From NCBI GenBank assembly GCA_031370785.1, contig JANMQY010000144.1, positions 50,601 to 114,600 of the forward strand: 64,000 bases of DNA, read 5' to 3'. The notes below the pieces were generated by a model that ran no database searches, was not told the DNA's origin, and worked only from the letters and a program-made list of their open reading frames with translations. This DNA comes from Candidatus Eiseniibacteriota bacterium (GTDB taxonomy: Bacteria > Eisenbacteria > RBG-16-71-46). Of the stretch, positions 62,833 through 64,000 are shown piece by piece (the first letter of the stretch is position 1; each line of letters opens with the position of its first letter). A program made the position numbers and the translations under genes.

Positions 62833-63861
62833 GTGAAGATTCTCGTCACCGGCGGCTCCGGCTACTTCGGCACCACGCTGCGCGAACGCCTGCGTTCGCG
62901 CGGAGCGCAGGTGCGCAACTTCGACCTGGTCGCGCCCGACCGCGGCGACACGCTCGACGAGTTCGTCGCCGGCGACATTCGGGATGCGGCCGCGGTGGCC
63001 AGCGCGTGTCGCGACATCGAGGTGGTGCATCACAACGTCGCGCAGGTGCCGCTCGCGAAGGATCGCGCGCTGTTCGACTCGGTCAACATTCAGGGCACCG
63101 AGAACCTGCTGCGCGCCGCGCGCACGGCGGGCGTCCACAAGATCGTCTACACCTCGTCGAGCGCGGTGTTCGGCGTGCCCGACCGCAACCCGGTCACCGA
63201 AATGACGACGCCTCGCCCGGGCGAGGCCTACGGCCGGGCCAAGTACGAGGGCGAGCTGCGCTGCCTCGCGCACGTCGCGGAAGGCACGGATGTGACCATT
63301 GTGCGCCCACGCACCATCCTCGGACACGGACGGCTCGGGATCTTCCAGATTCTTTTCGAGTGGATCCGCGCCGGGAGCAACGTTCCGGTGCTGGGCAGCG
63401 GCGACAACGTCTACCAGTTCGTGCACGCCGATGATCTGGCAGACGCCTGTATTCTCGCAGGAGAGCGCATTGGGCCCGCGATCTACAACTGCGGCACGGA
63501 TCGCTTCGGCACCATGAGGGATGCGCTCGAAGCGCTGTGCCGCCATGCGGCAACTGGTTCCCGTGTGCGCAGCGTGCCGATGGCACCGGCGGTGTGGGGC
63601 ATGAAGCTCACCAGCGCGCTCGGGCTCTCTCCGCTCGGCGCCTATCACGCGCTGATGTACGGGCGCTCGATGTACTTTGACAGCGCGCTCGCGATGCGCG
63701 AGCTCCTCTGGCGTCCTCGGTGGTCGAACGACGAGATGCTGATCGAGAGTTACGACTGGTACCTTGAGAATCGCGAGCGCGTGCTCGCTTCGCACGGTGC
63801 GAGCCATCATCGCTCGCCTGTGAAGCAGGGCATTCTCGAGCTGGTTCGCCGGCTGCTGTAG
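62833..63861 (+). CDS. NAD-dependent epimerase/dehydratase (extended SDR)
   Basis: TGGSGYFG, TSSSAVFG and YGRAK motifs. Confidence 0.9.
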   Translation: MKILVTGGSGYFGTTLRERLRSRGAQVRNFDLVAPDRGDTLDEFVAGDIRDAAAVASACRDIEVVHHNVAQVPLAKDRALFDSVNIQGTENLLRAARTAGVHKIVYTSSSAVFGVPDRNPVTEMTTPRPGEAYGRAKYEGELRCLAHVAEGTDVTIVRPRTILGHGRLGIFQILFEWIRAGSNVPVLGSGDNVYQFVHADDLADACILAGERIGPAIYNCGTDRFGTMRDALEALCRHAATGSRVRSVPMAPAVWGMKLTSALGLSPLGAYHALMYGRSMYFDSALAMRELLWRPRWSNDEMLIESYDWYLENRERVLASHGASHHRSPVKQGILELVRRLL

Positions 63862-63890
63862 TGGGCTCTGGCGGAAGGAGGCGGCACACG

Positions 63891-64000
63891 ATGATCTGGC
63901 GGAGCCGCCCCCTGGCGACGGTCGCGGGCCTGGGGATCGGGATCGGGTTCATCGCGCTCGCGCTGTCGCGGCTCGACCTGGCCGGCGTCGGACGCGCACT
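63891..64000 (+). CDS. Membrane protein, probably LPG-synthase TM/flippase-like (3'-partial)
   Basis: SD AAGGAGG and MIWRSRPLATVAGLGIGIGFIALALSRLDLAGV. Only about 36 codons are visible. Confidence 0.45.
   Translation, partial: MIWRSRPLATVAGLGIGIGFIALALSRLDLAGVGRA

Overview
High-GC, densely coded bacterial chromosome segment. I found no mobile element, CRISPR array, rRNA or tRNA. Secreted proteins with FlgD-like C-terminal domains plus a PEP-CTERM gene are compatible with an FCB-group lineage such as Ca. Eisenbacteria, but this is inference only. In order, the window holds: a 5'-partial secreted BNR/sialidase-fold protein; an ArgR-controlled operon argR-C-B-D-G-H(A)-F with tandem ARG boxes and an ArgH-ArgA fusion; a Fe-S/CDGSH gene interrupted by an in-frame UAG at a conserved Lys; MATE and GNAT genes; a DUF4188::YdeI chimera; an M14 peptidase; a PurM/HypE-like protein; a secreted amidohydrolase pair; a CPA2 antiporter; a TolB-like lipoprotein with PhoX; class II ribonucleotide reductase (nrdJ) behind a long structured leader; a histidine phosphatase; a Ca2+/H+ exchanger; cysteine dioxygenase with a YeiH exporter; a mycobacterial Sdh1-like succinate dehydrogenase; a tandem HD-GYP protein; a truncated TonB receptor; a sigma54-type PEP-CTERM gene; a GT-C/TPR protein, a LamG lipoprotein and an S8 protease; a MoxR-DUF58-BatA/vWA operon with intervening genes; mfd, a PPIase, two NAD-dependent epimerases and a 3'-partial flippase-like gene. 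I cannot claim a clearly new system. The best leads are the UAG-at-Lys CDGSH gene, recurrent non-canonical (CTG/ATC) and leaderless starts, the nrdJ leader RNA, and a CDO with a eukaryote-like cross-link Cys next to an exporter. All family calls come from motif recognition by eye, not from database searches.
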